A stretch of 64,000 bases of DNA from contig JBEKFP010000002.1 of assembly GCA_050013255.1 (NCBI GenBank), positions 384,001-448,000 of the forward strand. Direction: 5' to 3'. Under the pieces are notes generated by a model. That model saw only the letters and a program-made list of their open reading frames with translations, ran no database searches and was not told the DNA's origin. The translations under genes and the position numbers were made by a program. The stretch is from Candidatus Bathyarchaeia archaeon (GTDB taxonomy: Archaea > Thermoproteota > Bathyarchaeia > 40CM-2-53-6). Positions within the stretch are counted from its first letter, which is position 1. Every line of letters begins with the position of its first letter. Shown here piece by piece: positions 47,531-58,600 of this stretch.

Positions 47531-47640
47531 TCGAGAGACCGCTCACTGCCCGGGGTTCGCTTACGTGTAAGCTTTTGGTCGATGTCGCGTACCTTGACAT
47601 TAGAATCAAGCCCGAAGACTCTCAATCGAAGAAGGTATAA

Positions 47641-49260
47641 TCACTGGTCAGAGACAACCATCATAGCCAGCAATTTACGCGCAAACCCTAACCGCGAGCC
47701 CAGGTACCTGGAAACCAAATCTAAGTCATCCTTTCTAACGGTTTTCAGCAAACGGAGCACAGCCAAGTACGTGATGCCTCCAAGCACAACATAGACGGGA
47801 AGCAAAAGCCTGCTGTAGAGGATCATCTGCGCGCCGAAGAGAACAACCGACATAACAATCCCTGCCACTAAACTTTTCCAGATCGCCTCAACATCAAGAC
47901 CCATCGCCTTCCTTCTATCTAGAACCAAAAGCACGAACCCAGCACTAGCCACCATTGCTAGACCCCGTGCAACTGAGGTTCCAACGATTCCCCAAATTGG
48001 TAGAAGGAAATATGCGGATGCGAGGCCGACCAAGACTGAGGCTGCCGTAGCAACCATTGACATCCGAGTTCCGGATATTGCGACTAACATAGGGGTCACC
48101 CCCACGCTAAATGCGGTTAAACCGAAGGCAAGGCACAGTATCATCAGCGGCAAAGTTCCACCAACGTAGGCTTCACCGACAAAGACGGTGAGAGCAGGCT
48201 TTGCTACGGCAAGGAGGCCAAATGTCAAAGGAACAATCGTAAGACTCGCGTAGCGTGAAGCCAACCGTGTTGCCTTCCTACCACTTTCAAATCCGTCGCC
48301 TCGGCTACTCATATTTGAGAACACGGGGAGAAGGGCATTACTTATCGAAACAGAAATCCCTGCTAAGGCAGAGAAAGCGAACAACATTGCGTTATACACG
48401 CCCAAGGCCGCGAGGGGAACAAACGCTACAAGCAAGGCGCGGTCGAACCAGCTATACCCGAAGTTGAGCACGCTCCCAATATTCAAGGGCCAAGAAAAAC
48501 CAAGCAGCTTTCTAACCGAGAAAACTCCGCTAGGCCAGCCAACGACTCGAAAGATGTACACTAAATACGCCGCGAAAGTCGCCAAATCAGATAATACCCA
48601 AGCGATCACTAAACCAACAAAATCATGCAAGAGAATAATCAGCACAATGATCAAGCACTGCCTCAACAGAACTCCGGCCACGCCTATAGTAGATGCCGCC
48701 CTGAATCTCTGCAACCCGAAGAGTGTACCGATGGCGACAGGCAATGCTCCTGCAAAAATCAAAATGTCCAAAGCTAGAAATCTGAAGAGATATGCATCCG
48801 CCCCCGCTCCGAGTAGCGCCGAAGCCAACGTAGGCGAAAGAAGAAAGACGACCACAGCTAGCGGAACCGAGAAGAATATGCTGACTCGAATGGTTTGGTA
48901 AAATATAGCAGAGATGGCCGCGTTTTGGTTGGGATGCAATTCGCCGATGAATTTTGTGGCGGCTTGTTGAAACGCCGCACCATCAAGTGCTTGGCAGAAA
49001 GCCGTTACGAGTGAGAGTACAGCGAGAATGCCCATCTGTTCAGGTGTTATTATGCGCGCTAGGATTGCGAATGCGACTACCTGAGCCACAGTTGTAATTA
49101 CGTTCTGGATGGCGAGATAAGACGCGCCGCGTGAAACAATGATGGCTGGGGTTGCACCTGGTGACCTCCACCCCAATTGCTGGCTGGCTTCCAAAACGTT
49201 GCCGCGAAAAGTCTCTATCATGCTCTGTACCAGCGCTCTACAGCGGGAATAAGCCTCCAT
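47641..49260 (-). CDS. Oligosaccharide flippase (Wzx/MOP family)
   Basis: Many TM helices; ILARIITPEQMG, LLGFSWPL, FDRALL..LGVYNA, WGIVG. Start probably ~49140. Confidence 0.85.
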   Translation of the reverse strand: MEAYSRCRALVQSMIETFRGNVLEASQQLGWRSPGATPAIIVSRGASYLAIQNVITTVAQVVAFAILARIITPEQMGILAVLSLVTAFCQALDGAAFQQAATKFIGELHPNQNAAISAIFYQTIRVSIFFSVPLAVVVFLLSPTLASALLGAGADAYLFRFLALDILIFAGALPVAIGTLFGLQRFRAASTIGVAGVLLRQCLIIVLIILLHDFVGLVIAWVLSDLATFAAYLVYIFRVVGWPSGVFSVRKLLGFSWPLNIGSVLNFGYSWFDRALLVAFVPLAALGVYNAMLFAFSALAGISVSISNALLPVFSNMSSRGDGFESGRKATRLASRYASLTIVPLTFGLLAVAKPALTVFVGEAYVGGTLPLMILCLAFGLTAFSVGVTPMLVAISGTRMSMVATAASVLVGLASAYFLLPIWGIVGTSVARGLAMVASAGFVLLVLDRRKAMGLDVEAIWKSLVAGIVMSVVLFGAQMILYSRLLLPVYVVLGGITYLAVLRLLKTVRKDDLDLVSRYLGSRLGFARKLLAMMVVSDQ

Positions 49261-49625
49261 TGGCGGTAGCTGCAGAGATAAATGGTTGCGGGCAGTCCGA
49301 CCGACTGAGCTGCAACGTTGGAATCACGAATCTGCAGTTTTCTAACTGACCTTGCAATCTTACGTGAATCGTAAGGAGATTACGCCACGATAACTAAGTC
49401 GGCCAGTTGACCTTCGCGAAAAGGGACGTCGATTTCGAACAAAGCTACCCTTTGTTTTTCTTAAACGGAGGAAGGTTGGTCGGAAGCTTATATGGATAAC
49501 TAGGGCGTTTCTTCTAGCTCTTGCAATATGTCCGGAAACAACCATGGTCTTAAATGTACAGGAGTGGCATGACCGGTTAGGCCTTAATGCAGTCAGCAAA
49601 GGCTAATCCTTGAGGAACGGGCGAA

Positions 49626-52600
49626 ATGAGTAGGAAACTTGCCGCTTTAGTAGTCGTAACCATTATGCTATTTGGCGTTTTTGCCGTTAGCGCTCCGGTT
49701 CAGGCCCATTTTACACTCGGGGATTTGACTGGAACATATCGCTATCATCTGAACGATTTTGACCCGCATGTCACGGGCGTGATTGGTTACGTATGGCCGG
49801 GAGGAGGCATCAATACTTACTCGGGGCTCCCGAACGTAGCAAGCTCGGTCCTCAGCCCCGGTTATCAATCGCCCTATCCAGGCGGTAACCCGGTTGGTGC
49901 GCCGAGCAATTCTTGGTACCAGCTTGAGAGCGACGCATACGCTCCCTTCGGAGCCATACTAACAGGCTCTTCAGGCGACTTGATTTTCGCGATCAACGCG
50001 ACCGCTGGTTTTGCTGGTAGATGGGGCGGACTGGGCATCTTGATTCCCCCAGGGTTCAGTGTCCCGAACATACCGCAGGTTGTTTCAACAATAACGAACG
50101 ATTACTCAGGCATCGCCGTGCTGAGGATTGGACCGTACGACCGCTACGCGCCGGGATGGACACTAATCGAGATCCTATCCGACGCTGGAATGGATAATGT
50201 GGCGCCAGCGGCCGGACCTTATTATGATCATCAAGCGATTGATTTCACTCCTGCTGGCGAATGGTATTATGTCCGAATCAATGGAGTTCTCGCGCCCTCA
50301 GTAGCTGGAAGGTACTTCTTCAAAATCCTTCTCTACTCTGCCACACCTTCAATTTGTGGTGAAGAAGGCGTCGGATCCGGAGTACCTCTTCCACCTCTTC
50401 CAGGCGAGAGCTGCTCCGAATTTATTCCAACAGAGAACTGGCCCGTGTTGCTGGTGAAGGGTGAAGTTGATCCAGCCATCGTAACCGGAACTCTCCGGTA
50501 CGCTGGATACAACGCGTCCCTTTACGGGCTACCAATCCAGGAGGCTGGACGCGTTTATGCGAAGATGACTACGCGCCTTGACCCCTACACTGGACAGCAA
50601 CGTTCCGATCTACCAACGGTTGACGCAGTTGGATACGTGAACGCAACGGCGACCGGCCACTATGAAGTGGAAGGTTTAGCGCCGGGCATTTACGACTTGT
50701 ACGCGTCCGCGGCGGGTTACCCGCAAACTCTCTGTGCTAGCGGCATAACGATTCTGAAGGGTCAATCCCTTCACTTCGACTGCTATTTGCAACCAGGCCC
50801 AGTGATACACGGCGACGTGTTCACGAAGCACCAATTCGGTGACGAACCATGGCCCCAGACAACTTATGTTAAGGTTGAATTGTATGATGGCCCGACACTC
50901 AGTCATATACCAGATTCAAGTGCGAACCTGGTTTCTTGGTCACCATTGCCATGCGTTGCGGGAGGACAGGAACTTTACACTGGAATTTACACGGCGGGCG
51001 CTTGTGGCGACCCTAGGAATGGGGGAGCGATTGCGTTCCCGTGGCATGAATACGTTCCATCAAACGGCTACGGTTCACCGTCAGCGGCTGCCCCAAGTTA
51101 CTACCAAGTATCAACCGACGCCGCAGGCCTTCTGAATCCAAATGGGATTAAGACACAGGACCCAATGGGCGTCGGTCCCCCGCAAAACTGGTATGTTGTA
51201 GGTGGCACAACCACACCATTCCATTTCGAGTTCGGCCTGAAGGGCGAGTACGGTGCCCCAAGGGACCTGGACGGCATGGTGCCACAGGTTTATGCAACTT
51301 GGGTGAACGGGCTTACACCGGGAAGGTACTATGCGAGAGCCTGGGTCTTCAGATATGTGCAGTCCGCCCTCGACGGTTCAACCTTCCAAGAATATTCGTT
51401 TGACATAACGCCAAACGAGTGGGCTGGAGACGTCACGCTACCAATCGACCTACGTTTGAGCAGTTGGATCAACAAGACCGTATACTTCCACGACACGGCT
51501 AATACGATTGAAACGGACCCGATCGATACAGGCGCTGGATTAATGTCCGGCGTACTTGTTGACGCGAACGGCCAAGTCTGGTCATACAACCAAACCCTAC
51601 TGGGCTACAATGGTCTCTACTCGACAGGTGCCAAGTCAGGCTGGGGCAGTAATGCGTTCTTCACTCCCACAACCGTTAGGACACGGAACGATCTCGACAA
51701 GGCAAGATTGAACGCGCATGCAATTGAAAGTGGACGAGCGAACATTCAGTTCTGGGGATGGAACGATACCTGGGGAGGAGAGAATTACGGCATCCCCTCC
51801 GGCATTTACACGCCGCATGTTTACGTCCTAGGATATTTGGAGCATGGCCCAGCGGAGCAAGTTTCCGTCACACTCAGCGGCACCCCAACCAGCGTTAGCG
51901 ATCACATCTACCGAGGTACAGGCTTCAACATAACCGTCCACTCAATCGACTGGGAGCACCCAGCCGTAGAAAGGAACTGGGTATGGGGTAACCCCGTCGG
52001 TTACACTGCTACCGGCCTAGCATCGCTGGGAAGTGGACCTAGCTTCCTGGGTGATCCGCGAGCACTCATGGTTGGGGAAGAAATTGATTTGGGAATTTAC
52101 CAGAACGGCACCTTGATAGACTTTATTGGAGATGAGCCAAGTGTTCTGCAAGATACCGTGCTTACCAGCTGCCTCTTCCAGAGTCAAACAAATTCCTCTG
52201 TCCAGCTGTGCGGAGGCGGATGGGACGCTCAATCCTCCCGCCTAGGCGGACTTATGCCATACGAGGGCAACAGTAATGACGCTTACTTCGGCCAAGAGTT
52301 GACCGATGTTGGTTTCGTTGGCGGTTACACTGGAGGATCCATATACCTTTCGACACGCTCGATCCTGTTCGCGCCAGCACACTACAGCCCAACCACACTT
52401 CCCGACGGCGGAACATACCATAGCGCTGTCACGGGTTACCTGCCCCTCTACCCATCAGCCATTCCAGCGGGACAGTATGATTTGCGAGGATACACTTACG
52501 GATACGTTCAGACGAGTAAATTCACAGTGTACACGTCACCCACGCAAGTTGCCGATATCAGACTTAACCTCTTGATCGGCGTCAACGTAACCCTAGACAT

Positions 52601-53774
52601 TCTCTTCAAGAAAGAGAGCATCATCACCCCGACCGACGCCAACATGTCAGCGAGGGTGCGACTGTTCGACGACTCAGGCAACTTGGTTGCTGAATGGATG
52701 TCAAGCGAAGGCGTATACGTCCCCCACAGCGGGTTTGCGCGCGCCGCAGACGGAACCGACCAGTACCCGTTCGGCCCACTCCACCCAGCCGTACCCGTCC
52801 CGCAACCGCTTAACACTTACAATTACCTCCCCGGCAATGTAACTCTGCTTCATGTCTTGATGGCAGGCCTTCCGCAGGTACCCCCATCAGGAACCGATAG
52901 CGGAGTCATCGCACCCTTCCACCCCCAGCAGGTGTACCCCAACGACCCCATATTCGCGACAACAACCTGCGGATTCCAAATTAGCTGCTACACGAGCCCA
53001 GGCACCGCACTTGGAGTAGGCGTGCCAGGCTACTTCCCGAACACTGGTATCCTCGGCGCACCAAACTACTCGGGTGGCTGGACTGCGGAAGTTGATTTCG
53101 TAAACTGGTACTCCAACAACTCAGGCTCACCCGAGCTGCTCGACTCAGGACAGGTGGGACAAGGAGTAACGGGAGGAGCACCCTTCCCACAGTACTACCC
53201 GCCAGTCAACGGCTTACTCATGGGCGAATCATACCACGTAATCCCAGGAACCACAGCCACATCTGGCATAAGCTTCACAGAAGACAACGCCCTCAAACCG
53301 GAACTACTAGGCCACACGATGGCTCCGAACCACCTAGGACCATACTCGCAGCAAGGAGTCTGGCAAGTAGACAACGCTCACCTAAGCGGTGAGGCTAGCG
53401 GAATCTTTGAAGTCGACTTGAACGGGTTGATCTCGGGCAATGCTCTGGCGTTCACGTGGAGTAACGAGTTCCGACCTTTGAGCTGGGGCTTAGTTAACGT
53501 CGTGGGCGCGAACGGTGCGTCGTGGAACTTCTACACCTACGACGGCATCTATGAAGCGTACCTGACGCCGGGCACGTACAAGTTCACCATAAGCTCCCCA
53601 GGCTACGCCTCGCAGACCTTCTCAGTCGTGGTCTCACCAGGCCAAGCTGGGATAAGCCAGAACCTGTACCTGGAACAAAGCAACATACCCGTCCCAGAGT
53701 TCAGCGCAATCGCACTAGTCGCCTTTTCGGCACTTGCAGCGTCAGTTTACGTGCTAAGACGCAGACGAAAGTAA
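49626..53774 (+). CDS. Large cell-surface protein with carboxypeptidase-regulatory-like domains and PEF-CTERM sorting signal
   Basis: Signal peptide ending VQA; GLAPGIYDLYASAAGY and LTPGTYKFTISSPGY; C-terminus VPEF-TM-RRRRK. Confidence 0.82.
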   Translation: MSRKLAALVVVTIMLFGVFAVSAPVQAHFTLGDLTGTYRYHLNDFDPHVTGVIGYVWPGGGINTYSGLPNVASSVLSPGYQSPYPGGNPVGAPSNSWYQLESDAYAPFGAILTGSSGDLIFAINATAGFAGRWGGLGILIPPGFSVPNIPQVVSTITNDYSGIAVLRIGPYDRYAPGWTLIEILSDAGMDNVAPAAGPYYDHQAIDFTPAGEWYYVRINGVLAPSVAGRYFFKILLYSATPSICGEEGVGSGVPLPPLPGESCSEFIPTENWPVLLVKGEVDPAIVTGTLRYAGYNASLYGLPIQEAGRVYAKMTTRLDPYTGQQRSDLPTVDAVGYVNATATGHYEVEGLAPGIYDLYASAAGYPQTLCASGITILKGQSLHFDCYLQPGPVIHGDVFTKHQFGDEPWPQTTYVKVELYDGPTLSHIPDSSANLVSWSPLPCVAGGQELYTGIYTAGACGDPRNGGAIAFPWHEYVPSNGYGSPSAAAPSYYQVSTDAAGLLNPNGIKTQDPMGVGPPQNWYVVGGTTTPFHFEFGLKGEYGAPRDLDGMVPQVYATWVNGLTPGRYYARAWVFRYVQSALDGSTFQEYSFDITPNEWAGDVTLPIDLRLSSWINKTVYFHDTANTIETDPIDTGAGLMSGVLVDANGQVWSYNQTLLGYNGLYSTGAKSGWGSNAFFTPTTVRTRNDLDKARLNAHAIESGRANIQFWGWNDTWGGENYGIPSGIYTPHVYVLGYLEHGPAEQVSVTLSGTPTSVSDHIYRGTGFNITVHSIDWEHPAVERNWVWGNPVGYTATGLASLGSGPSFLGDPRALMVGEEIDLGIYQNGTLIDFIGDEPSVLQDTVLTSCLFQSQTNSSVQLCGGGWDAQSSRLGGLMPYEGNSNDAYFGQELTDVGFVGGYTGGSIYLSTRSILFAPAHYSPTTLPDGGTYHSAVTGYLPLYPSAIPAGQYDLRGYTYGYVQTSKFTVYTSPTQVADIRLNLLIGVNVTLDILFKKESIITPTDANMSARVRLFDDSGNLVAEWMSSEGVYVPHSGFARAADGTDQYPFGPLHPAVPVPQPLNTYNYLPGNVTLLHVLMAGLPQVPPSGTDSGVIAPFHPQQVYPNDPIFATTTCGFQISCYTSPGTALGVGVPGYFPNTGILGAPNYSGGWTAEVDFVNWYSNNSGSPELLDSGQVGQGVTGGAPFPQYYPPVNGLLMGESYHVIPGTTATSGISFTEDNALKPELLGHTMAPNHLGPYSQQGVWQVDNAHLSGEASGIFEVDLNGLISGNALAFTWSNEFRPLSWGLVNVVGANGASWNFYTYDGIYEAYLTPGTYKFTISSPGYASQTFSVVVSPGQAGISQNLYLEQSNIPVPEFSAIALVAFSALAASVYVLRRRRK

Positions 53775-53776
53775 AG

Positions 53777-53823
53777 GGTCGAAGAGGCACGCGTGCCACT
53801 GGGCAGCGACCTCCTTTTTTCTT
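53777..53823 (+). terminator. Hairpin plus oligo-T after the surface-protein gene
   Basis: GGTCG...CGACC enclosing palindromic GGCACGCGTGCC, then TTTTTT. Confidence 0.55.
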
Positions 53824-53844
53824 GGTTCGATTTGAAACTAGATT

Positions 53845-55692
53845 TCAGCAGAAGAGCAGAGCCAGGAAGCTGCCTACGAAAACTGCACTAGGGCCCACCA
53901 GAGAAATAACCAACCAGGTTCTCCTACTCAAACCTCTTAGCAAGTGAAATCTTCGACCAACCGCGTCCACTGGTAGCCCAATGAAGAACCCTCCAATTAA
54001 CACGCCGGCCAAGAGGCTTGAGAGCAACGCCAAATCCACCAAGTAGCCTGGGATAGGAATGAGACACTGACCTTTCGACTGAGGGCCACTATTGGGGCTC
54101 ATGCTATTTGTAATCGTAAGAATGATGCTAATCGTATGGGCAACTGTACCATCGCTGCCGCGGATGACCACAAGACCAGGTCCCGGGCTAGCGCTAGGGG
54201 CGATATTGATCGCGAAGTTTGATGAAGCGTTGCCGCCGGATGGAATATGGACTGGGTTCGGGTCGAAGCCTGATAACGTCACTCCAGGAGGCAGGTCAGC
54301 AGGAGTGAACGTTACGTCCCCCGTATACCCTGAAAGTGAATTACCAGTTACTGCGAGAGGGACTGATGTTCCTTGTGCTGAAGAGAGGTATGGGGAAGAG
54401 ACGCTAAGAGCATAATCCGAATTCGTAACGGAAAGCCTCGCGATCTTATTCGCTCCAGGCTCACTTACCCATACGTTGCCAGAAGAATCGACAATCGCAT
54501 CACTGGGCAATGTGGGACCCAACACGTATTGAGCAAACGGCCCTTCTCCGGAAGGGATGATGGAATGGGTTGTAGGAGTTACTGTATGAACTGATTCGAG
54601 GGCGTGGCTTATTGTTGGCGAAAGAACAGTCGCGGTTCCCCCGGATGGCGCAGTCATAGGAGATGATGAAAAGAGTGTGCCGTTCCCAAAGTCGTTCAGA
54701 TTAGAGACGGTTCCGTTGCCCTGCAGCGATGATTGCTCTGCAATCCAAGGTTGCTGGGTGAGTGGGTTAATGCTGATCCTCCTCGGGTTTGAACCCGCAC
54801 CGGGAATGCGCCATTCTTCAATCATATTTCCGCGTAGGACTCCAACAAAGTTGTCGTTACTAGTCCCATCCGCTACACCCTGAGTATACCACGGTTGCCC
54901 ACGAGAGTCGAAAGTTATAGAACGCGCCACAGCCGAGTCATGCTTTGGCAATGGCCAGATTGTATACTGCGCTGACGCCCGATCCCACCTGACTAGCGCA
55001 GAGAAACCTGCAAACCAAACGAACCCTGAACCTGCATGCACATCATAAGCTCCCCCTCCTACTGACGCTGGAAATGAGTCCTCGTAAAACGTAACATTCC
55101 CGGCACCTGAATCATAGATGAATTCACCGTTACTGTTTCTAATTGTCTCGGTGAACCAAACTCTGGCCGTCGTCCCAGCTTGAGGTTCAATTGAAACGTA
55201 CCCGGGTTCTGTGCTGCCTGGAAGTGAATATTCGCTGAATTTCCCTGAAGCTGGCGAGAACGCGAAAATCTTGTCGGAGGAAAATTCCGTTCCCCACACC
55301 ATAGGGGTGCCGCCGACCGATGTAACTGCGACACTGTAAGGATTCGAGTCGGAAGTGGGAATCTCCCATTCCTCGAAAGAACTTGCCCGCGAATCAAAAT
55401 GAGCGATCTTATTCCCATAATACTCAACGAACCAACAGCAATTACCTGAGTGATCAAGAGCCAATCCCCATGGGCCGCTTCCAGAGGTCGGCACAGTCCA
55501 CTCAGTAAGAGAAGCCCCTTGAAGGGTTCCTTGATTCGGTGAGCTAACCTGGAGTCCCTGAAAAGTGAACATGACAATAATCACGAGTATGAAGCATGGT
55601 CGCATCCCGTTAGATACGGTGAGCAAGCCCAGAACCGCCACGAGATCAACATGGATCCAGTATTTCTTCATTTCCCGACATCGGGGCAACAT
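53845..55692 (-). CDS. Vgb-lyase-like beta-propeller surface protein with Ig-like domain and C-terminal TMs
   Basis: Repeats EWxIPTxxSxPxxxxx..WFxE..KIA; GLPPGVT-like Ig segment; two C-terminal TMs. Confidence 0.75.
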   Translation of the reverse strand: MLPRCREMKKYWIHVDLVAVLGLLTVSNGMRPCFILVIIVMFTFQGLQVSSPNQGTLQGASLTEWTVPTSGSGPWGLALDHSGNCCWFVEYYGNKIAHFDSRASSFEEWEIPTSDSNPYSVAVTSVGGTPMVWGTEFSSDKIFAFSPASGKFSEYSLPGSTEPGYVSIEPQAGTTARVWFTETIRNSNGEFIYDSGAGNVTFYEDSFPASVGGGAYDVHAGSGFVWFAGFSALVRWDRASAQYTIWPLPKHDSAVARSITFDSRGQPWYTQGVADGTSNDNFVGVLRGNMIEEWRIPGAGSNPRRISINPLTQQPWIAEQSSLQGNGTVSNLNDFGNGTLFSSSPMTAPSGGTATVLSPTISHALESVHTVTPTTHSIIPSGEGPFAQYVLGPTLPSDAIVDSSGNVWVSEPGANKIARLSVTNSDYALSVSSPYLSSAQGTSVPLAVTGNSLSGYTGDVTFTPADLPPGVTLSGFDPNPVHIPSGGNASSNFAINIAPSASPGPGLVVIRGSDGTVAHTISIILTITNSMSPNSGPQSKGQCLIPIPGYLVDLALLSSLLAGVLIGGFFIGLPVDAVGRRFHLLRGLSRRTWLVISLVGPSAVFVGSFLALLFC

Positions 55693-56106
55693 GCATCATT
55701 GAAGCATATATCGTCCAGAATCCGGGAGCAGCATGAATGAGCCCATGCTCAACGTTTCTTACCATGTTTCTTCTCGAATCACTTGTTTGGTATATGTTGT
55801 GGCGACGCAAATATCACATCCTGATTACTCGGCAATGAGTCTGAGTCATATTGATATGTTTCCGAGTCTCATCTGATAATCGTGCCCATCTGGGTAATCA
55901 AGGAATCTTTGGATGCCAGCGGTGCTGAAATCTCCGTTCATAATTGTCAAGTATGCTGTCGATATTATATGAGATCAAAACGTGAAAAAGAAAAAATCGC
56001 CGTCAAGTCGACACTAACGCAATAGACGCTGTGATTTCATGCCCCTAATGAAGTTGGAGTTTAGAAGAAGGACAAACAGTCGAATCGGGATTGCGGTGAC
56101 ACTCAC

Positions 56107-57105
56107 ATGAGATTACTTATTACGGGTGGTATGGGTTTCATCGGCTCAAATTTCATACGGACCATACTCGCGAGCCAGAACGATGCTAACATAATTAATG
56201 TGGATAGGCTTTCATACGGCTCTAATCCCGCTAATTTGATGGGCATAGAACAGACCGGCCGGTACAGATTCGTTAAAGGAGACATCAACGATTTTGAGTT
56301 GCTCAAGGATCTGGCTAAAGATAGTGAAGCAGTCGTGAATTTTGCTGCTGAGACGCACGTAGACAGAAGCATACCTAACCCGAGTGGGTTCTACCAGTCG
56401 AATACTGCTGGCGTGGTTGCTCTTCTTGAGGTCTGCAGGTTACTTGACTTGAGGTTCTTGCAGGTTTCAACCGACGAGGTCTACGGTTCTGCTCCAGTTG
56501 AACGTGCTTTCTCCGAGGATAATAGGCTCGAGCCATCCTCCCCTTACTCGGCTTCAAAAGGAGCAGCGGAACTGTTCGTAACTGCTTGGTGCAAAACCTA
56601 CGGCTTATCAACATGCATAACGCGGTCAAGCAACAATTTCGGGTCGTACCAGTTCCCTGAGAAGTTCATACCCAAGACTATCATTCGGGCCATGCTTGGC
56701 CTCCGAGTTCCAGTATACGGATCTGGGCGGCAGATTCGGGACTGGATTTACGTCAAAGATCATTGCGAAGCACTCGAGCTGATCTTGCAAAAGGGACAAT
56801 GGGGAGAGATCTACAACATTGCTGGCGGAAACCAGTTTGAGAACCTGGAAGTCGTCGGAAGGGTCCTGGACATTCTTCATAAACCGCACGCTATCATCGA
56901 ACATGTTGAAGACCGGCCCGGCCACGATTTCAGGTACAGTCTAAACGCATCCAAGCTTGAGAAAACTCTTGGATGGAGACCTAAGCACAGCTTTGAGACT
57001 GCGCTAGCGCAAACCGTAGCGTGGTATGTTGAGAACGAGCCTTGGTGGCGTCCGCTAATCAACAACAAAATCTTGAGCCCAACGCCTTGGAAAGAGACTT
57101 GGTAG
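56107..57105 (+). CDS. rfbB: dTDP-glucose 4,6-dehydratase
   Basis: TGGMGFIGSNF, AAETHVDRSI, STDEVYG, YSASK, DRPGHDFRY. Confidence 0.95.
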   Translation: MRLLITGGMGFIGSNFIRTILASQNDANIINVDRLSYGSNPANLMGIEQTGRYRFVKGDINDFELLKDLAKDSEAVVNFAAETHVDRSIPNPSGFYQSNTAGVVALLEVCRLLDLRFLQVSTDEVYGSAPVERAFSEDNRLEPSSPYSASKGAAELFVTAWCKTYGLSTCITRSSNNFGSYQFPEKFIPKTIIRAMLGLRVPVYGSGRQIRDWIYVKDHCEALELILQKGQWGEIYNIAGGNQFENLEVVGRVLDILHKPHAIIEHVEDRPGHDFRYSLNASKLEKTLGWRPKHSFETALAQTVAWYVENEPWWRPLINNKILSPTPWKETW

Positions 57106-57106
57106 T

Positions 57107-57994
57107 TTGAAATTTCTTATCACCGGCGCAAGCGGCTTGCTAGGAAGCAAACTTCTAACGTTTGCATGTGCCTCAGGTCATGAAGTTCACTCCATCTTCT
57201 ATGAGCATTCCATACCTGAAGCACACACGCAAAGGTTGGACATTACAGACCAGCCTGCAGTAGAGAAGACCTTCGCAGATAATTCGCCTGAAGTTGTGAT
57301 CCACGCGGCATCAATCACCGACCTCGACCTGTGCGAACAAAAACCCGAACTAGCGTACAAAGTGAATGTGGCCGCAACAGGTTTCCTGGCTGAGGCATGC
57401 CGGAAGCGAGGAAGCCATCTCATCTATGTGTCAACCGACTACGTTTTCGATGGTGAACATGGAAATTACGAAGAGCATGATGAGGTGAACCCGGTTAATG
57501 TGTACGGCAGATCCAAACTTCTGGGAGAGATAGAAGTCATGCAAAAAGCGGGGGAATTCTGCATTGCAAGGACAAGTGTCGTTTTCGGATGGGGACGCAA
57601 ACACCGCCCGAACTTTGCAACGTGGGTGTACGAGAAGCTACGGGCGGGTGAGGAAATCAACGTTGTCACGGATCAGTATGCCACGCCCACGCTAAGCAGC
57701 GACCTTGCACGAATGCTGTTGGAGGCCGCAGAGCGACGAATGAGCGGAATCTATCACCTCTCAGGATCGACACGGAGCAATAGATATGAGTTTGCAGTCC
57801 TCTTGGCTCGCAAGTTCAGGCTTGATGAGAAACTCCTGAACCAAGTCAAAAGGGAAGCGGTGCAATGGATAGCGAAAAGACCATTCGACTCTTCCCTCAG
57901 CGTAGCCAAGGCTCAGGAAGCTTTCAACAACAAACCCAGAACGCTTAACAAAGCCTTGGACGAGTTCGCCGCTGAGGCTCCTGCAGGCACCTAA
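57107..57994 (+). CDS. rfbD: dTDP-4-dehydrorhamnose reductase
   Basis: TGASGLLG, STDYVFDG, YGRSKLLGE, RPFDSSL. Confidence 0.92.
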   Translation: MKFLITGASGLLGSKLLTFACASGHEVHSIFYEHSIPEAHTQRLDITDQPAVEKTFADNSPEVVIHAASITDLDLCEQKPELAYKVNVAATGFLAEACRKRGSHLIYVSTDYVFDGEHGNYEEHDEVNPVNVYGRSKLLGEIEVMQKAGEFCIARTSVVFGWGRKHRPNFATWVYEKLRAGEEINVVTDQYATPTLSSDLARMLLEAAERRMSGIYHLSGSTRSNRYEFAVLLARKFRLDEKLLNQVKREAVQWIAKRPFDSSLSVAKAQEAFNNKPRTLNKALDEFAAEAPAGT

Positions 57995-58005
57995 CTTCTA
58001 GAGAT

Positions 58006-58581
58006 TTACAAGCGCGTCTGCTTCCACACGAAGTTGTTGTCAGCATCCTTGAGGAGAGGTGCCTCTGCATCCTTCCTTGACAGTATCGGGTTTCGGATAG
58101 GCCACCCAATGCCAATATCCCGGTCGTCCCAGCGTATCCCACGATCGTGTTCGCTACTGTACTCCGCGGTGACTTTGTACTCAACCTCCGCTATGTCCGT
58201 GATTGTCAGCAAACCATGCGCAAACCCCACCGGAATCCAAATCATCCGACGATTCTCCGCTGATAGAGTCGCGGATACCCATCTGCGATACGTGGGTGAA
58301 CCCTTACGTATGTCCACGGCCACATCGTAGATTTCTCCGACAACGCACCGAACAAGCTTTCCCTGCGCATATGGTTGCTTCTGAAAGTGTAGTCCCCTCA
58401 ACACTCCCTTAGCGGTGGAATAAGAGTGATTGTCTTGAAGGAAAACTTCAGATACTCCTTGATTTGAGAACTCGCTCTTCCTGTAAGTCTCCATGAACCA
58501 GCCGCGTTCGTCATCGAGTGCCTTTGGCTCAACCGTTGCGACTTCGGGGAGGTCGTCGAATCGTTGGAACCTAAACGGCAT
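58006..58581 (-). CDS. rfbC: dTDP-4-dehydrorhamnose 3,5-epimerase
   Basis: DERGWF, QDNHS, GVLRGLHFQ, VAVDIRKGSPT, GFAHG. Start moved to ATG 58581. Confidence 0.95.
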   Translation of the reverse strand: MPFRFQRFDDLPEVATVEPKALDDERGWFMETYRKSEFSNQGVSEVFLQDNHSYSTAKGVLRGLHFQKQPYAQGKLVRCVVGEIYDVAVDIRKGSPTYRRWVSATLSAENRRMIWIPVGFAHGLLTITDIAEVEYKVTAEYSSEHDRGIRWDDRDIGIGWPIRNPILSRKDAEAPLLKDADNNFVWKQTRL

Positions 58582-58600
58582 ATGGCCACTCTCCAACTCA

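Noticed and set aside
55700-56100. AT-rich spacer as an ncRNA or origin
   Set aside because: No recognisable structure or ORB-like repeats; consistent with a divergent promoter region.
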